Below, piece after piece: positions 8,686 through 16,324 of a stretch of DNA of 64,000 nt (the stretch's first letter is position 1; every line of letters starts with the position of its first letter). This DNA comes from an uncultured Candidatus Saccharibacteria bacterium (GTDB lineage Bacteria; Patescibacteriota; Minisyncoccia; Ryanbacterales; HO2-45-13). The notes beneath the pieces were generated by a model. It did not search any database. It was not told the DNA's origin and saw nothing but the letters and a program-made list of their open reading frames with translations. Where the stretch lies: the NCBI GenBank assembly GCA_964354975.1, contig CAYHBS010000001.1:56282-120281 (forward strand), in the 5' to 3' direction. Made by a program: the position numbers and the translations under genes.

Positions 8686-9739
8686 TGATACCTCCTCCTA
8701 CCACAATGTGTTTATCTCCGATGCGCTCATAGACCACACATGACTGGCCTGCTGATGGTTTCGTCACCGGGGAAGCAAAATGGATAGTATTCGCATTGTC
8801 TAAATCCGCCGTTGCAGAAACGAGTGGCTGCCGATAGCGTATGCGCGCACTCAACTTCTCTATACCTGTTACTTTTTTATACCATGTCATCTGCTTCACC
8901 GATACCCCGTTTGCTTCACGTACGTTCTTTTCATTTGTACGGGCAACAACGAGTGTATTGGTAGCCATATCTTTTTGTACGACAAAATATGGCGTACCCC
9001 CGCCAATACCAAGTCCGTGGCGCTGGCCAATAGTGTAATACGCAGCACCGTCATGTGTGCCAACGCGTTCGCCACTGGTAGTAACCACTGCGCCTTCGCT
9101 CGGTGGAATATACGTTTGTAAAAATGATTTCATATCAAGTTCGCCGACAAAGCACACTCCCTGGCTATCTGGTTTTCTCGCAGTCACGAGTCCCGCTGCT
9201 TCGGCAATGTTGCGCACCTCTTCTTTGATGAGTCCACCGATGGGAAAATATACGTGCGCAAGAATTTCTGGTATAAGTCCCCAAAGAAAATATGTTTGAT
9301 CTTTTGCGGTATCTTTACTCGTTGAAAGATATGTCACACCATCCAGCGTGGTGGTAGTTGCGTAATGTCCCGTTGCAATCGCGTCAGCTCCGTGTTCCAT
9401 TGCCCATCTATAAAACACACCGAATTTAATATACGTATTGCACATCACATCAGGATTTGGTGTGCGACCCCTCGCATATTCGCTCACCAAATATTCCACC
9501 ACGTGCGTACGATAGTCTTCGCCGACATCAAGCACGCGAAATGGAATATCAAGCACTGCGGCCACGCGCGCGGCATCTTGTCTATCTTCCTCCCATGAAC
9601 ACTTCGCGCCAGGAGCTTTCCAGCCCTGCATAAATACGCCCGTGACGTTATGTCCCGCGCGTTTCAGGAGGAGTGCAGCAACCGACGAGTCCACGCCACC
9701 GCTCATTGCAACAAAAATGTTCTTTTTTGCACTGACCAT
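8675..9739 (-). CDS. mnmA: tRNA-specific 2-thiouridylase MnmA
   Basis: 354 aa; PP-loop VAMSGGVDSSVAA; MnmA-like body. Confidence 0.9.
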   Translation of the reverse strand: MVSAKKNIFVAMSGGVDSSVAALLLKRAGHNVTGVFMQGWKAPGAKCSWEEDRQDAARVAAVLDIPFRVLDVGEDYRTHVVEYLVSEYARGRTPNPDVMCNTYIKFGVFYRWAMEHGADAIATGHYATTTTLDGVTYLSTSKDTAKDQTYFLWGLIPEILAHVYFPIGGLIKEEVRNIAEAAGLVTARKPDSQGVCFVGELDMKSFLQTYIPPSEGAVVTTSGERVGTHDGAAYYTIGQRHGLGIGGGTPYFVVQKDMATNTLVVARTNEKNVREANGVSVKQMTWYKKVTGIEKLSARIRYRQPLVSATADLDNANTIHFASPVTKPSAGQSCVVYERIGDKHIVVGGGIIAE

Positions 9740-9780
9740 GCGAACAATTATGCCACGAAAATGTCTATATGAAAAGAGAA

Positions 9781-9811
9781 AGAGCGCGTTCCAGTATTTG
9801 GAACGCGCTCT
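9781..9811. terminator. Bidirectional rho-independent terminator (13-bp perfect stem agagcgcgttcca/tggaacgcgctct) flanked by A- and T-runs
   Basis: seen in sequence; follows the small ORF 9824-9952 on the minus strand. Confidence 0.7.
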
Positions 9812-9823
9812 TTTGTTTGTTGT

Positions 9824-9952
9824 TCATTCTCGAAGAAAGAGAATCCACATCATCCGCGCTGCGCAGTAAGTCACCGCAGCACCGTGCACCCAAGGGTGAA
9901 CGGAGAAGCACGTGATTCCCACCGCGATGAGGGTTGTGTAGAAGAAGCCCAT
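9824..9952 (-). CDS. Small hydrophobic protein (42 aa), hypothetical
   Basis: Not in ORF track. MGFFYTTLIAVGITCFSVHPWVHGAAVTYCAARMMWILFLRE* preceded by a strong SD (AAGGAGGATCAAGATG) and followed 10 nt later by the terminator hairpin. Confidence 0.45.
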   Translation of the reverse strand: MGFFYTTLIAVGITCFSVHPWVHGAAVTYCAARMMWILFLRE

Positions 9953-10075
9953 CTTGATCCTCCTTTTCCTGCGCACCTTTCGGTCGCGACTTATAGCTTG
10001 AACTTTCTGAAAACACTATAGCATGAATATACTATTTCGTCAAGCATTTTTTGCCTTACCTATCAACAATATTTA

Positions 10076-11032
10076 CTACCTCAAATACAACGCTTTATTT
10101 TGTTTATGCTCTTCAAATGTGCGCGCGTAGTATGGAGTTCCATCGCGACTATGTAAGTAATACCAATATGCCGATGCGGTAGGATGCAACGCAGCATCAA
10201 TCTGTTCAAGTCCCGGATTCCCTATCGGCCCCGGCGGGAGTCCTTTATATTCATAGGTATTATAGGGCGAATCTAAATTCAACTCTGCGTCTCCGAGATC
10301 CCTCGAAGCAAGTCCCGTGATGTACGTGAGCGTTGCATCAATCTGGAGCGGAAAATTATCCGCGAGACGATTTTGAATAATTCCCGAAATGATTTTTGCG
10401 TCTTGTTCCCCATTTGCTTCGCGAGCGAGGAGGGACGCAATAATCAGAATTTCACGAAGTGACTTTCCACTTGTCTCTGCTTCACGTACAAGATCCCTAG
10501 TACGCACGCGGAAATTATTTCTCATCAATGCTATTAACTCGTCCGCAGTAACATTGTCCGGGATTTCATAGGTATCTGGGAATAATTCACCTTCATAAAT
10601 AACAGCTTTTGCATAAAATTCCTCACTTTTCAGAATACCTCGCTCGGAAAGATATGCGGCGATGCGTCGCGAGTCCCACCCTTCAACGATCCGAATGGTG
10701 CGCGCCTCGGGAGTTGAGGTAAGTCGCGCAATCACGTCAAATACATTCGCAGATTTGGTGAACACATATGGTCCGGGACGCAGTGCGCGATCCTTTCTGG
10801 TAAGCTCTGCGGTGAGCACAAACGCATGCGTACTGCGAATGATACCTGCCGACTCCAACAGTGCGCCAATGTCCCAGGCGCTCGCTCCGGACGCGATGAC
10901 AATTTCTTTATGATCAACATTCATGCGGGGTGCAAACCACACACCCAAAAGCGTAAGCAAAAAGACCGCGGCAAACACGACCGCAATAGATACAAGAATA
11001 TATATTCGTTTAAAAAACAGCCCAAATGGCAT
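10076..11032 (-). CDS. mltG: Endolytic murein transglycosylase MltG (YceG-like)
   Basis: 318 aa; N-terminal TM then a YceG-like domain (EGWDSRRIAAYL ... YYLHSRDGTPYYARTFEEH). Confidence 0.85.
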   Translation of the reverse strand: MPFGLFFKRIYILVSIAVVFAAVFLLTLLGVWFAPRMNVDHKEIVIASGASAWDIGALLESAGIIRSTHAFVLTAELTRKDRALRPGPYVFTKSANVFDVIARLTSTPEARTIRIVEGWDSRRIAAYLSERGILKSEEFYAKAVIYEGELFPDTYEIPDNVTADELIALMRNNFRVRTRDLVREAETSGKSLREILIIASLLAREANGEQDAKIISGIIQNRLADNFPLQIDATLTYITGLASRDLGDAELNLDSPYNTYEYKGLPPGPIGNPGLEQIDAALHPTASAYWYYLHSRDGTPYYARTFEEHKQNKALYLR

Positions 11033-11064
11033 AGGGCTAGTATAGCAAACAATATGAGTAAGTT

Positions 11065-12000
11065 TTATTCGCCTCCCGTACGCTTGCTTGCCTCACGTGC
11101 AATATCAAGAATGCGTTCAAATATTTCGCGCTGTGCGGAGCGCTCTCGTACAAGTGACTCATAAATCTGTTGTAACTCTTTTGTACCAAGTGTTGCTGCG
11201 GTCGTGCTTGCAGTGATCGCGGCGAGACGCGTAGAAGACGAATCAATCAGGGCTTGTACACCATCAATCTTTGTAACAATGCCGGACATATCAACCCCGG
11301 ACGCAATATATGCCTCTGAAGCGGTACGCTGCTCGGTTACGCGCGCCTGCAGGGTGGCAAGAGATTGCCTACGCATCACGCCAATGTGCGCAAGCACCGT
11401 AAGGCGTCGTATATGCACCCGCGTAAACTCTTGTCTTTGTGTCAACAGCGTTTTGGTGATTTCTTTGATCATATCCACTGATTCCGCAGAGCGTACTTGC
11501 GTCTCAAAAGATCGCAGTGACGCAATGTCCGCGTTCACCAGTGCAGTGAACGATGTGAAAATGTCCTCGTCAATAAATGGCAATTGTTCCATTTGGGCGC
11601 GAAGGTACTCGTCGTATGAAATAAGCGCGCCAATATATTCGAGTAAATATTGCCGTTGATCGGTTACGGTGCGCTGTGAGGCCTTGAGCGACGTACGAGC
11701 GTAATTAAGCTGCACCAGTGATGAACTAAACTGGCTCTGTGTTTTTGATTCATTCACCGCGTCTCGAGAACGCTCAAGCACATGTTCAGAATCCTTGCGC
11801 TGTTCAATGCGTTCATACAATTTTCCGATAAGAGCCCGCGCGGACACGTGAAGACTTTCGGCGTCGTCCGATTGATCGTCCGCGTCCTCACGCGCAAACA
11901 CCGAGATACCAAACATGTTCCAATCAAAGAACGCTGAAGCGCGTGCCGGCGTTGCGATAATGGTGAGTATGATGATCAGTGGTAGTGCGAGTTTTTTCAT
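11065..12000 (-). CDS. Secreted coiled-coil protein, hypothetical
   Basis: 311 aa; signal peptide MKKLALPLIIILTIIATPARASA; heptad-rich body; downstream of the anti-sigma gene. Confidence 0.6.
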   Translation of the reverse strand: MKKLALPLIIILTIIATPARASAFFDWNMFGISVFAREDADDQSDDAESLHVSARALIGKLYERIEQRKDSEHVLERSRDAVNESKTQSQFSSSLVQLNYARTSLKASQRTVTDQRQYLLEYIGALISYDEYLRAQMEQLPFIDEDIFTSFTALVNADIASLRSFETQVRSAESVDMIKEITKTLLTQRQEFTRVHIRRLTVLAHIGVMRRQSLATLQARVTEQRTASEAYIASGVDMSGIVTKIDGVQALIDSSSTRLAAITASTTAATLGTKELQQIYESLVRERSAQREIFERILDIAREASKRTGGE

Positions 12001-12001
12001 A

Positions 12002-12670
12002 TTATTGTGTCAACTCCTGTTCGTATGACGTGAGCGCAATTTCATCGGCAACAAATGATTCAAATTGAGGAAATACGAGAACCGCCTCGGTCGCGGCAAT
12101 GGCATTCGGATCAAACGCGGCGGAATCGATTGGAGCAGAAGATTTTGCCGCCATCGTTGTCGATTCTGCTGGTGCAAGCGATGTATTCAGTCCCTCCGCA
12201 GGATAATCTCCGGCACTGTCGGTATTTCCTCCGACCGGAAGCTCATGGCGTGTTGCGATTGCATCCTCACCGGACGCAGGTGAGAGTTGCGTGACTTCCG
12301 TACCGGATTGATATTGAATGGAAGGAGCGGGTGCCGTGACCGTATTTACCGCGAGCACCGCAATAATAAGCACCGCGAGCACCGCTGCCGGCATACGTAC
12401 GGATGGACGTAAGAGAAAATCAAGCACTGCAACGGTACGCGACATACTGCGCGCCAGCGAATCGTGCGGAGAAAATGCAGCGCGCAGTTGTTCGCTCGGT
12501 ACTTCCGAAAGTTTTACGTCCTCAAGCATCAAAACGACTCCGAGCATTTCTTCAAGCTCGGCCTTATGCGCTGGGTACTTCGCGAGAATGTCCTCCACCG
12601 ACGCTCCCGCCCGCAGTGCGGTGACTGCGTTGTCAAAAATTTCTTCAATTTTCGGTGGTTTATGATTCAT
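12002..12670 (-). CDS. Putative anti-sigma factor (single-pass membrane protein)
   Basis: 222 aa; cytoplasmic N-domain, TM (AAVLAVLIIAVLAVNTV), 11-nt overlap with the upstream ECF sigma factor gene. Confidence 0.6.
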   Translation of the reverse strand: MNHKPPKIEEIFDNAVTALRAGASVEDILAKYPAHKAELEEMLGVVLMLEDVKLSEVPSEQLRAAFSPHDSLARSMSRTVAVLDFLLRPSVRMPAAVLAVLIIAVLAVNTVTAPAPSIQYQSGTEVTQLSPASGEDAIATRHELPVGGNTDSAGDYPAEGLNTSLAPAESTTMAAKSSAPIDSAAFDPNAIAATEAVLVFPQFESFVADEIALTSYEQELTQ

Positions 12671-13217
12671 ACGTTTGCATTTCTTCTTTCAGCGCTTTAA
12701 TCGCACGGTATTGCATTGCGCGAATGGCTGCGGGATTTTTCTTCATTGCAACGGCAATTTCATCGGTCGTGCGATCCTCTAAAAAGCGTAGCGTCACCAA
12801 TGTGCGCTGTTCGGCGCTAAGGACTGACATTGCGCGCTTCAACACTTGAACGTCATCGTGGATCTCCACTTGTGTGCTCGCAATGGGACGCGTATCCGGA
12901 ACCGCAGCAAAAAAAGTCTCTTCATCATCAATCCGCACATTACGTTTTTTCTTCCAATAGTCGATAACCGTATTTCTCGCGATGGTATATAACCATGATG
13001 AAAATACAACCGAACCTTCACGCATATTCGGCAGAGATTTCCAGGCCTTCATAAACACCGTTTGTGTCAGATCCTCTGCATCCTCTTTGTTGTTTACCCG
13101 GTACTGCACAAAGCGGTAAATCGGAGCTAAATGCTCCTGATACAGGGTCGAAAACGCCGCAGAATCTCCTTCTGCCGCTCGTTCTATCAGTCTAGCCATA
13201 TCCTGTTCATTCAACAT
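12660..13217 (-). CDS. RNA polymerase sigma factor, ECF (sigma-70 region 2 and 4)
   Basis: 185 aa; region 2 (DLTQTVFMKAWKSL, WLYTIARN) and region 4 HTH (TDEIAVAMKKNPAAIRAMQYRAIKALK). Confidence 0.88.
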   Translation of the reverse strand: MLNEQDMARLIERAAEGDSAAFSTLYQEHLAPIYRFVQYRVNNKEDAEDLTQTVFMKAWKSLPNMREGSVVFSSWLYTIARNTVIDYWKKKRNVRIDDEETFFAAVPDTRPIASTQVEIHDDVQVLKRAMSVLSAEQRTLVTLRFLEDRTTDEIAVAMKKNPAAIRAMQYRAIKALKEEMQTYES

Positions 13218-13247
13218 ATGGGACGAGGGATATCTCCCTGTGTGACG

Positions 13248-13721
13248 TTAGAGTAATGGCGCACCGGGCGTGACCGCTTCAATAGGTGCCACAAGAACGG
13301 GTTTTTCACCCTCTTTTGCCGCAAGTATCATGCCGTTGCTCTCTATGCCTTTCAGCGTACGCGCTGCCAAATTGGTCGTAAAGATGACGGTTTTGCCAAT
13401 CAAAAAATCCTTTTCATACCACGGCTTAATCCCCGAAACAATCGTGCGTGTTTCTGATCCGAAATTCACGGTGAGCTTGTAGAGCTTGTCCGATCCCTCA
13501 ATGTCTTCTGCGTTTTCGATTATGCCTGCTTGAATGTGCACGCGCTGGAGTTCTGCCAGCGAGATACGATCTTTCCCCGAAAACATACTGTCAAACACCG
13601 CCGAACAATCTGCGCAGATATGTTTTTTGGTCGCAACACCATCCTTTGGTACACCAAAATAAAGTGCTCCTGGGGCGTTGAGCTCTTTCTTACAAAAATT
13701 ATAAGTGATTTGAAGGCTCAT
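13248..13721 (-). CDS. Stand-alone tRNA-binding domain protein (Trbp111/CsaA/MetRS C-terminal-like OB fold)
   Basis: The C-terminal 110 aa (ISLAELQRVHIQAGII..DKLYKLTVNFG..IVSGIKPWY..LIGKTVIFTTNL..RTLKGIESNGMILAA) match the tRNA-binding arm. The ORF-track N-terminus (to 13940) overlaps tRNA-Trp and was trimmed to Met at 13721; an alternative start at 13586 gives a 112-aa protein. Confidence 0.65.
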   Translation of the reverse strand: MSLQITYNFCKKELNAPGALYFGVPKDGVATKKHICADCSAVFDSMFSGKDRISLAELQRVHIQAGIIENAEDIEGSDKLYKLTVNFGSETRTIVSGIKPWYEKDFLIGKTVIFTTNLAARTLKGIESNGMILAAKEGEKPVLVAPIEAVTPGAPLL

Positions 13722-13804
13722 GCGGGGAATAAGGGAATCGCAAGCACTATGAGGGCTTATAATTTTCGCGCTACAAACATATGCGATACACACGGCGATT
13801 CCGG

Positions 13805-13876
13805 CGGGAGTGCCAGGATTCGAACCTGGATAGCTGGTTTTGGAGACCAGAGTCTTAGCCGTTGGACGACACTCCC
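13805..13876 (-). tRNA. tRNA-Trp (anticodon CCA)
   Basis: Reverse complement GGGAGTGTCGTCCAACGGCTAAGACTCTGGTCTCCAAAACCAGCTATCCAGGTTCGAATCCTGGCACTCCCG: 7-bp acceptor stem, anticodon loop CTCCAAA, T-loop GGTTCGAATCC. Confidence 0.85.
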
Positions 13877-13941
13877 CTCTACACTCAAAGACAGCTTTTA
13901 GCTTATAGGTTTTAGTGCGGCACGCCAAGCCGCGTCTCACA

Positions 13942-13967
13942 CAAACGGCTCCATACGGAGCCGTTTG
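13942..13967. terminator. Perfect 11-bp stem-loop (caaacggctcc atac ggagccgtttg) between rpmG and tRNA-Trp; no clear U-tract
   Basis: seen in sequence; may be a processing/structural hairpin rather than an intrinsic terminator. Confidence 0.35.
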
Positions 13968-14063
13968 CTACTAAGTACACGTATTGCTTTCTCTGTAATC
14001 TCCGACGCATTTGGTCGGGTCCCGACTCCCATGAAAAGTAGAATATAACGTCGGGACTATCCG

Positions 14064-14222
14064 CTATTTCTTCATTTCCTTATGCGGAGTATGTGTTTTA
14101 CACCACTTGCAGTGTTTTTTGAGATCAATCTTGCGCTCAACTTTCTTTTTGTTTTTGCTGGACCAATAGTTAATACGCTTGCATTTGGTGCACTGCAGTT
14201 TTATCAGATTAGGTTGCGGCAT
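14064..14222 (-). CDS. rpmG: 50S ribosomal protein L33
   Basis: Not in ORF track (52 aa). MPQPNLIKLQCTKCKRINYWSSKNKKKVERKIDLKKHCKWCKTHTPHKEMKK*, a Cys4 zinc-ribbon L33. Confidence 0.88.
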   Translation of the reverse strand: MPQPNLIKLQCTKCKRINYWSSKNKKKVERKIDLKKHCKWCKTHTPHKEMKK

Positions 14223-14234
14223 ATCAGTAGAGTG

Positions 14235-14263
14235 ATAGTACACTGAACACGCTCAATAATCAA
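14235..14263 (-). promoter_or_regulatory. Sigma-70-type promoter for rpmG (TTGATT-17 nt-TACTAT on minus strand)
   Basis: seen in sequence; -10 ends ~12 nt upstream of the rpmG ATG, so the leader is very short. Confidence 0.5.
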
Positions 14264-14293
14264 GAACACGTGATCACCCGATTGCCAAAATTA

Positions 14294-14322
14294 TTGACAA
14301 GAGTGTGATTATATTGTACTAT
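14294..14322 (+). promoter_or_regulatory. Consensus sigma-70 promoter TTGACA-17 nt-TACTAT for the NUDIX gene
   Basis: ttgacaagagtgtgattatattgtactat; divergent from the rpmG promoter. Confidence 0.6.
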
Positions 14323-14362
14323 CGGTACAAATCTACTGCGCTCAGCGCAAGGAGAACGTACG

Positions 14363-14845
14363 TTGCAAGAAGAGTACATAAAACCTGAAAAACGTTTCTA
14401 CAATTGTGACCCTTGTGAGGATTGGTCTTCACTCGTCTTCGTGAGAGTTGTGGAACACGGTAGTTTACTTGGCTACGTATTTATTTACGAACCGCACCGT
14501 GGAGATCCGCGGCTCTACAAACTACCGGGAGGATCTAAGGAGGCGAATGAATCTCCGGTAGAGACCGCTCAACGGGAGCTCAAGGGAGAGACGGGTATTT
14601 CTCTTCCCTTGTCAATGTTCGAGTTCGTCGATAAGGAGTGGCGAGAAAAACCCTCGGAACACTGGCGCATCTACTTTCAGGTGGATATCACGGTCACTGA
14701 CCGCGACTGGATGCGAGATGACGCATCCGGAAACGAAGGAGAAGTTCCCGAATTCTTTACACCGCGGAGGTGGAGGGATCTTATCGCAAACGGAGGTTTT
14801 CTCGAGCCACATTTGCGCGTATTGAGCGCAAATGAACTGCTATAA
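14363..14845 (+). CDS. NUDIX hydrolase
   Basis: 160 aa; TTG start with SD AAGGAGA 7 nt upstream; Nudix box GGSKEANESPVETAQRELKGETGI. Confidence 0.8.
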   Translation: MQEEYIKPEKRFYNCDPCEDWSSLVFVRVVEHGSLLGYVFIYEPHRGDPRLYKLPGGSKEANESPVETAQRELKGETGISLPLSMFEFVDKEWREKPSEHWRIYFQVDITVTDRDWMRDDASGNEGEVPEFFTPRRWRDLIANGGFLEPHLRVLSANELL

Positions 14846-14889
14846 CAAAGCGCCCGTAACCACATTCGTGGTCGGGCGCTTTATATTTC

Positions 14890-15164
14890 TGGAGCCGTTG
14901 GCCGGAATTGAACCGGCGACCTACTCCTTCATTTACACCCCAATTTCGTAAAACATATATGGGGATTAGACTGTATCTTTGGCATATCCTTTCGGACGTA
15001 GCCACCCTTGTCAGTCGTTCGGGCCCTCGACTTCGCTCGGGCCACGGTCTTAACTCGATTTGAGTCTTTGACCGTAATTCGGGATTCATCTCAGAATTTC
15101 TTCTGAGATGGGCAGGGGCGTGTGGCCCCACCATGGAGTTGCTCTACCATCTGAGCTACAACGG
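14890..15164 (-). tRNA. tRNA-Thr (anticodon GGU inferred) interrupted by a 199-nt group I-like intron in the anticodon loop; CCA encoded
   Basis: 5' exon 15164..15129 GCCGTTGTAGCTCAGATGGTAGAGCAACTCCATGGT; 3' exon 14929..14890 AAGGAGTAGGTCGCCGGTTCAATTCCGGCCAACGGCTCCA; perfect acceptor, D, anticodon and T stems once 199 nt are removed. Confidence 0.75.
14930..15128 (-). ncRNA. Group I-like self-splicing intron (199 nt) inside the tRNA-Thr anticodon loop
   Basis: 5' exon ends in U (U-1), intron ends in G (omega-G); possible P1 between exon TGGT and intron GCCA; candidate P7 strands GACTG / CAGTC (ACGACTGACAAGG ... ACAGTCTAATCC); no ORF inside. Confidence 0.6.
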
Positions 15165-15217
15165 CACATGGGAACGAGTAACTCTGTATCCGCCAACCAG
15201 CGGAGCGCTACATGAGT

Positions 15218-15805
15218 TTATGGTAGCTCTGCGATGAACGCACACAGCTTATCACGAAGTTTTCGATTATTAAAGTGCACAGTGAGTACTCCATATTTCG
15301 CTTTATGTTTATAGTTGCCCACTCCTCGCGCCGGCGTGATAATCACTTTTTGAAACGCTGCCCGCGGAGCTGATATCTCACGCCTCCAATATGCGAGCGC
15401 AACCGATGGATTGGTGTCTGAAAATATTTGCAGGCCATATCTTAACTTCGCTTTATGTATACGAAATCGCTGTTCAAGAAATTTAAGAAAGTATCTAATG
15501 AGTTTTGGGTCGCTATTTCCAAGTCGCACTGAAGAAAGATTACGCTTTGTTCCTTCGCCCCAATATAAACCTATGCCTAAACCTTCCAAAAATGCTTCTT
15601 CTCGAATTTTAGGTGCAGCATATGAAAACGGATCACCTCCTGGGTTATGTTTAATATATACCGCATCCCGAATAGCACGTTTAGGAATTTCGTGCTTTTT
15701 TAGCCAATAATTAATGGTGCTTGTCCCTTTTTTCGTACGCTGGGCAATTTCCTTTGCCGACAACTGCTCACGTACATACATTTGCAACAGCGTTAATTTA
15801 TCCAT
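15218..15805 (-). CDS. HTH + LAGLIDADG-like (I-SceI-type GIGLxxGxG motif) homing-endonuclease-like protein, paralog of 29858-30487
   Basis: 195 aa; N-terminal HTH (LSAKEIAQRTKKGTSTINYWLKKHEI); EGLGIGLYWGEGTKRN resembles I-SceI EAGIGLILGDAYIRSR (from memory); stop codon 54 nt upstream of the intron-containing tRNA-Thr. Confidence 0.6.
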   Translation of the reverse strand: MDKLTLLQMYVREQLSAKEIAQRTKKGTSTINYWLKKHEIPKRAIRDAVYIKHNPGGDPFSYAAPKIREEAFLEGLGIGLYWGEGTKRNLSSVRLGNSDPKLIRYFLKFLEQRFRIHKAKLRYGLQIFSDTNPSVALAYWRREISAPRAAFQKVIITPARGVGNYKHKAKYGVLTVHFNNRKLRDKLCAFIAELP

Positions 15806-16061
15806 ACATCTAAATATATAAAATTACAAACTACACATTATTTAATTGATATACATTAATTTACCTGTAGTATAATAGTAACATATTAGGATATCGGTAC
15901 GCCACGCGTTCATGTGTGTGAGGAGTCTTGGAGTCATCGGGAATGATGAGATGAGTTAGAGGCACATATGTAATATAATATTTACGAGTGCACTGGTTCC
16001 CTGTACAGTATCAAGCACATACGTTAGTGGCCCCCTACACGGGACACTGATGATAAATAAT

Positions 16062-16145
16062 GCGTCGGTGGCGGAGTGGTCAATCGCACCAGACTGTAAA
16101 TCTGGCGGCCTTAGGCCTACGAAGGTTCGAATCCTTCCCGGCGCA
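16062..16145 (+). tRNA. tRNA-Tyr (anticodon GUA), long variable arm
   Basis: GCGTCGGTGGCGGAGTGGTCAATCGCACCAGACTGTAAATCTGGCGGCCTTAGGCCTACGAAGGTTCGAATCCTTCCCGGCGCA. Confidence 0.85.
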
Positions 16146-16304
16146 CACATTGCCAAAATCGGAGCACGGCTCCGGTTTTGTTGCTATGTGTAGTGATCGC
16201 GAGGGATTCGAAGGCGAGCACGCAAGGGTTCCATCAGTAGATGGAAACGTGCGAGCGTGGTCAGGCGGAGAAATGTTTCGACGGAAACATTTCGAGCGCT
16301 TGAC

Positions 16305-16324
16305 CGAATCCTTCCCGGCGCACA
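16305..16324 (+). repeat. Exact 20-nt direct repeat of the tRNA-Tyr 3' end (cgaatccttcccggcgcaca; first copy 16128-16147)
   Basis: seen in sequence; 157-nt spacer contains a 10-bp perfect hairpin gaaatgtttc gacg gaaacatttc (16270-16293). Confidence 0.8.

Noticed and set aside
9765-10016. 83-aa minus ORF between mnmA and mltG
   Set aside because: No SD or homology. The overlapping 42-aa ORF in another frame has a strong SD and a terminator and is preferred, though still unproven.
13722-13940. N-terminal extension of ORF 13248-13940
   Set aside because: It overlaps tRNA-Trp (13805-13876) on the same strand, so the CDS was trimmed to an internal Met.
14781-15134. 117-aa minus-strand ORF covering the tRNA-Thr intron (possible intron-encoded protein)
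   Set aside because: It spans the tRNA exon sequences and shows no endonuclease motifs. The intron is only 199 nt, so the ORF is incidental.
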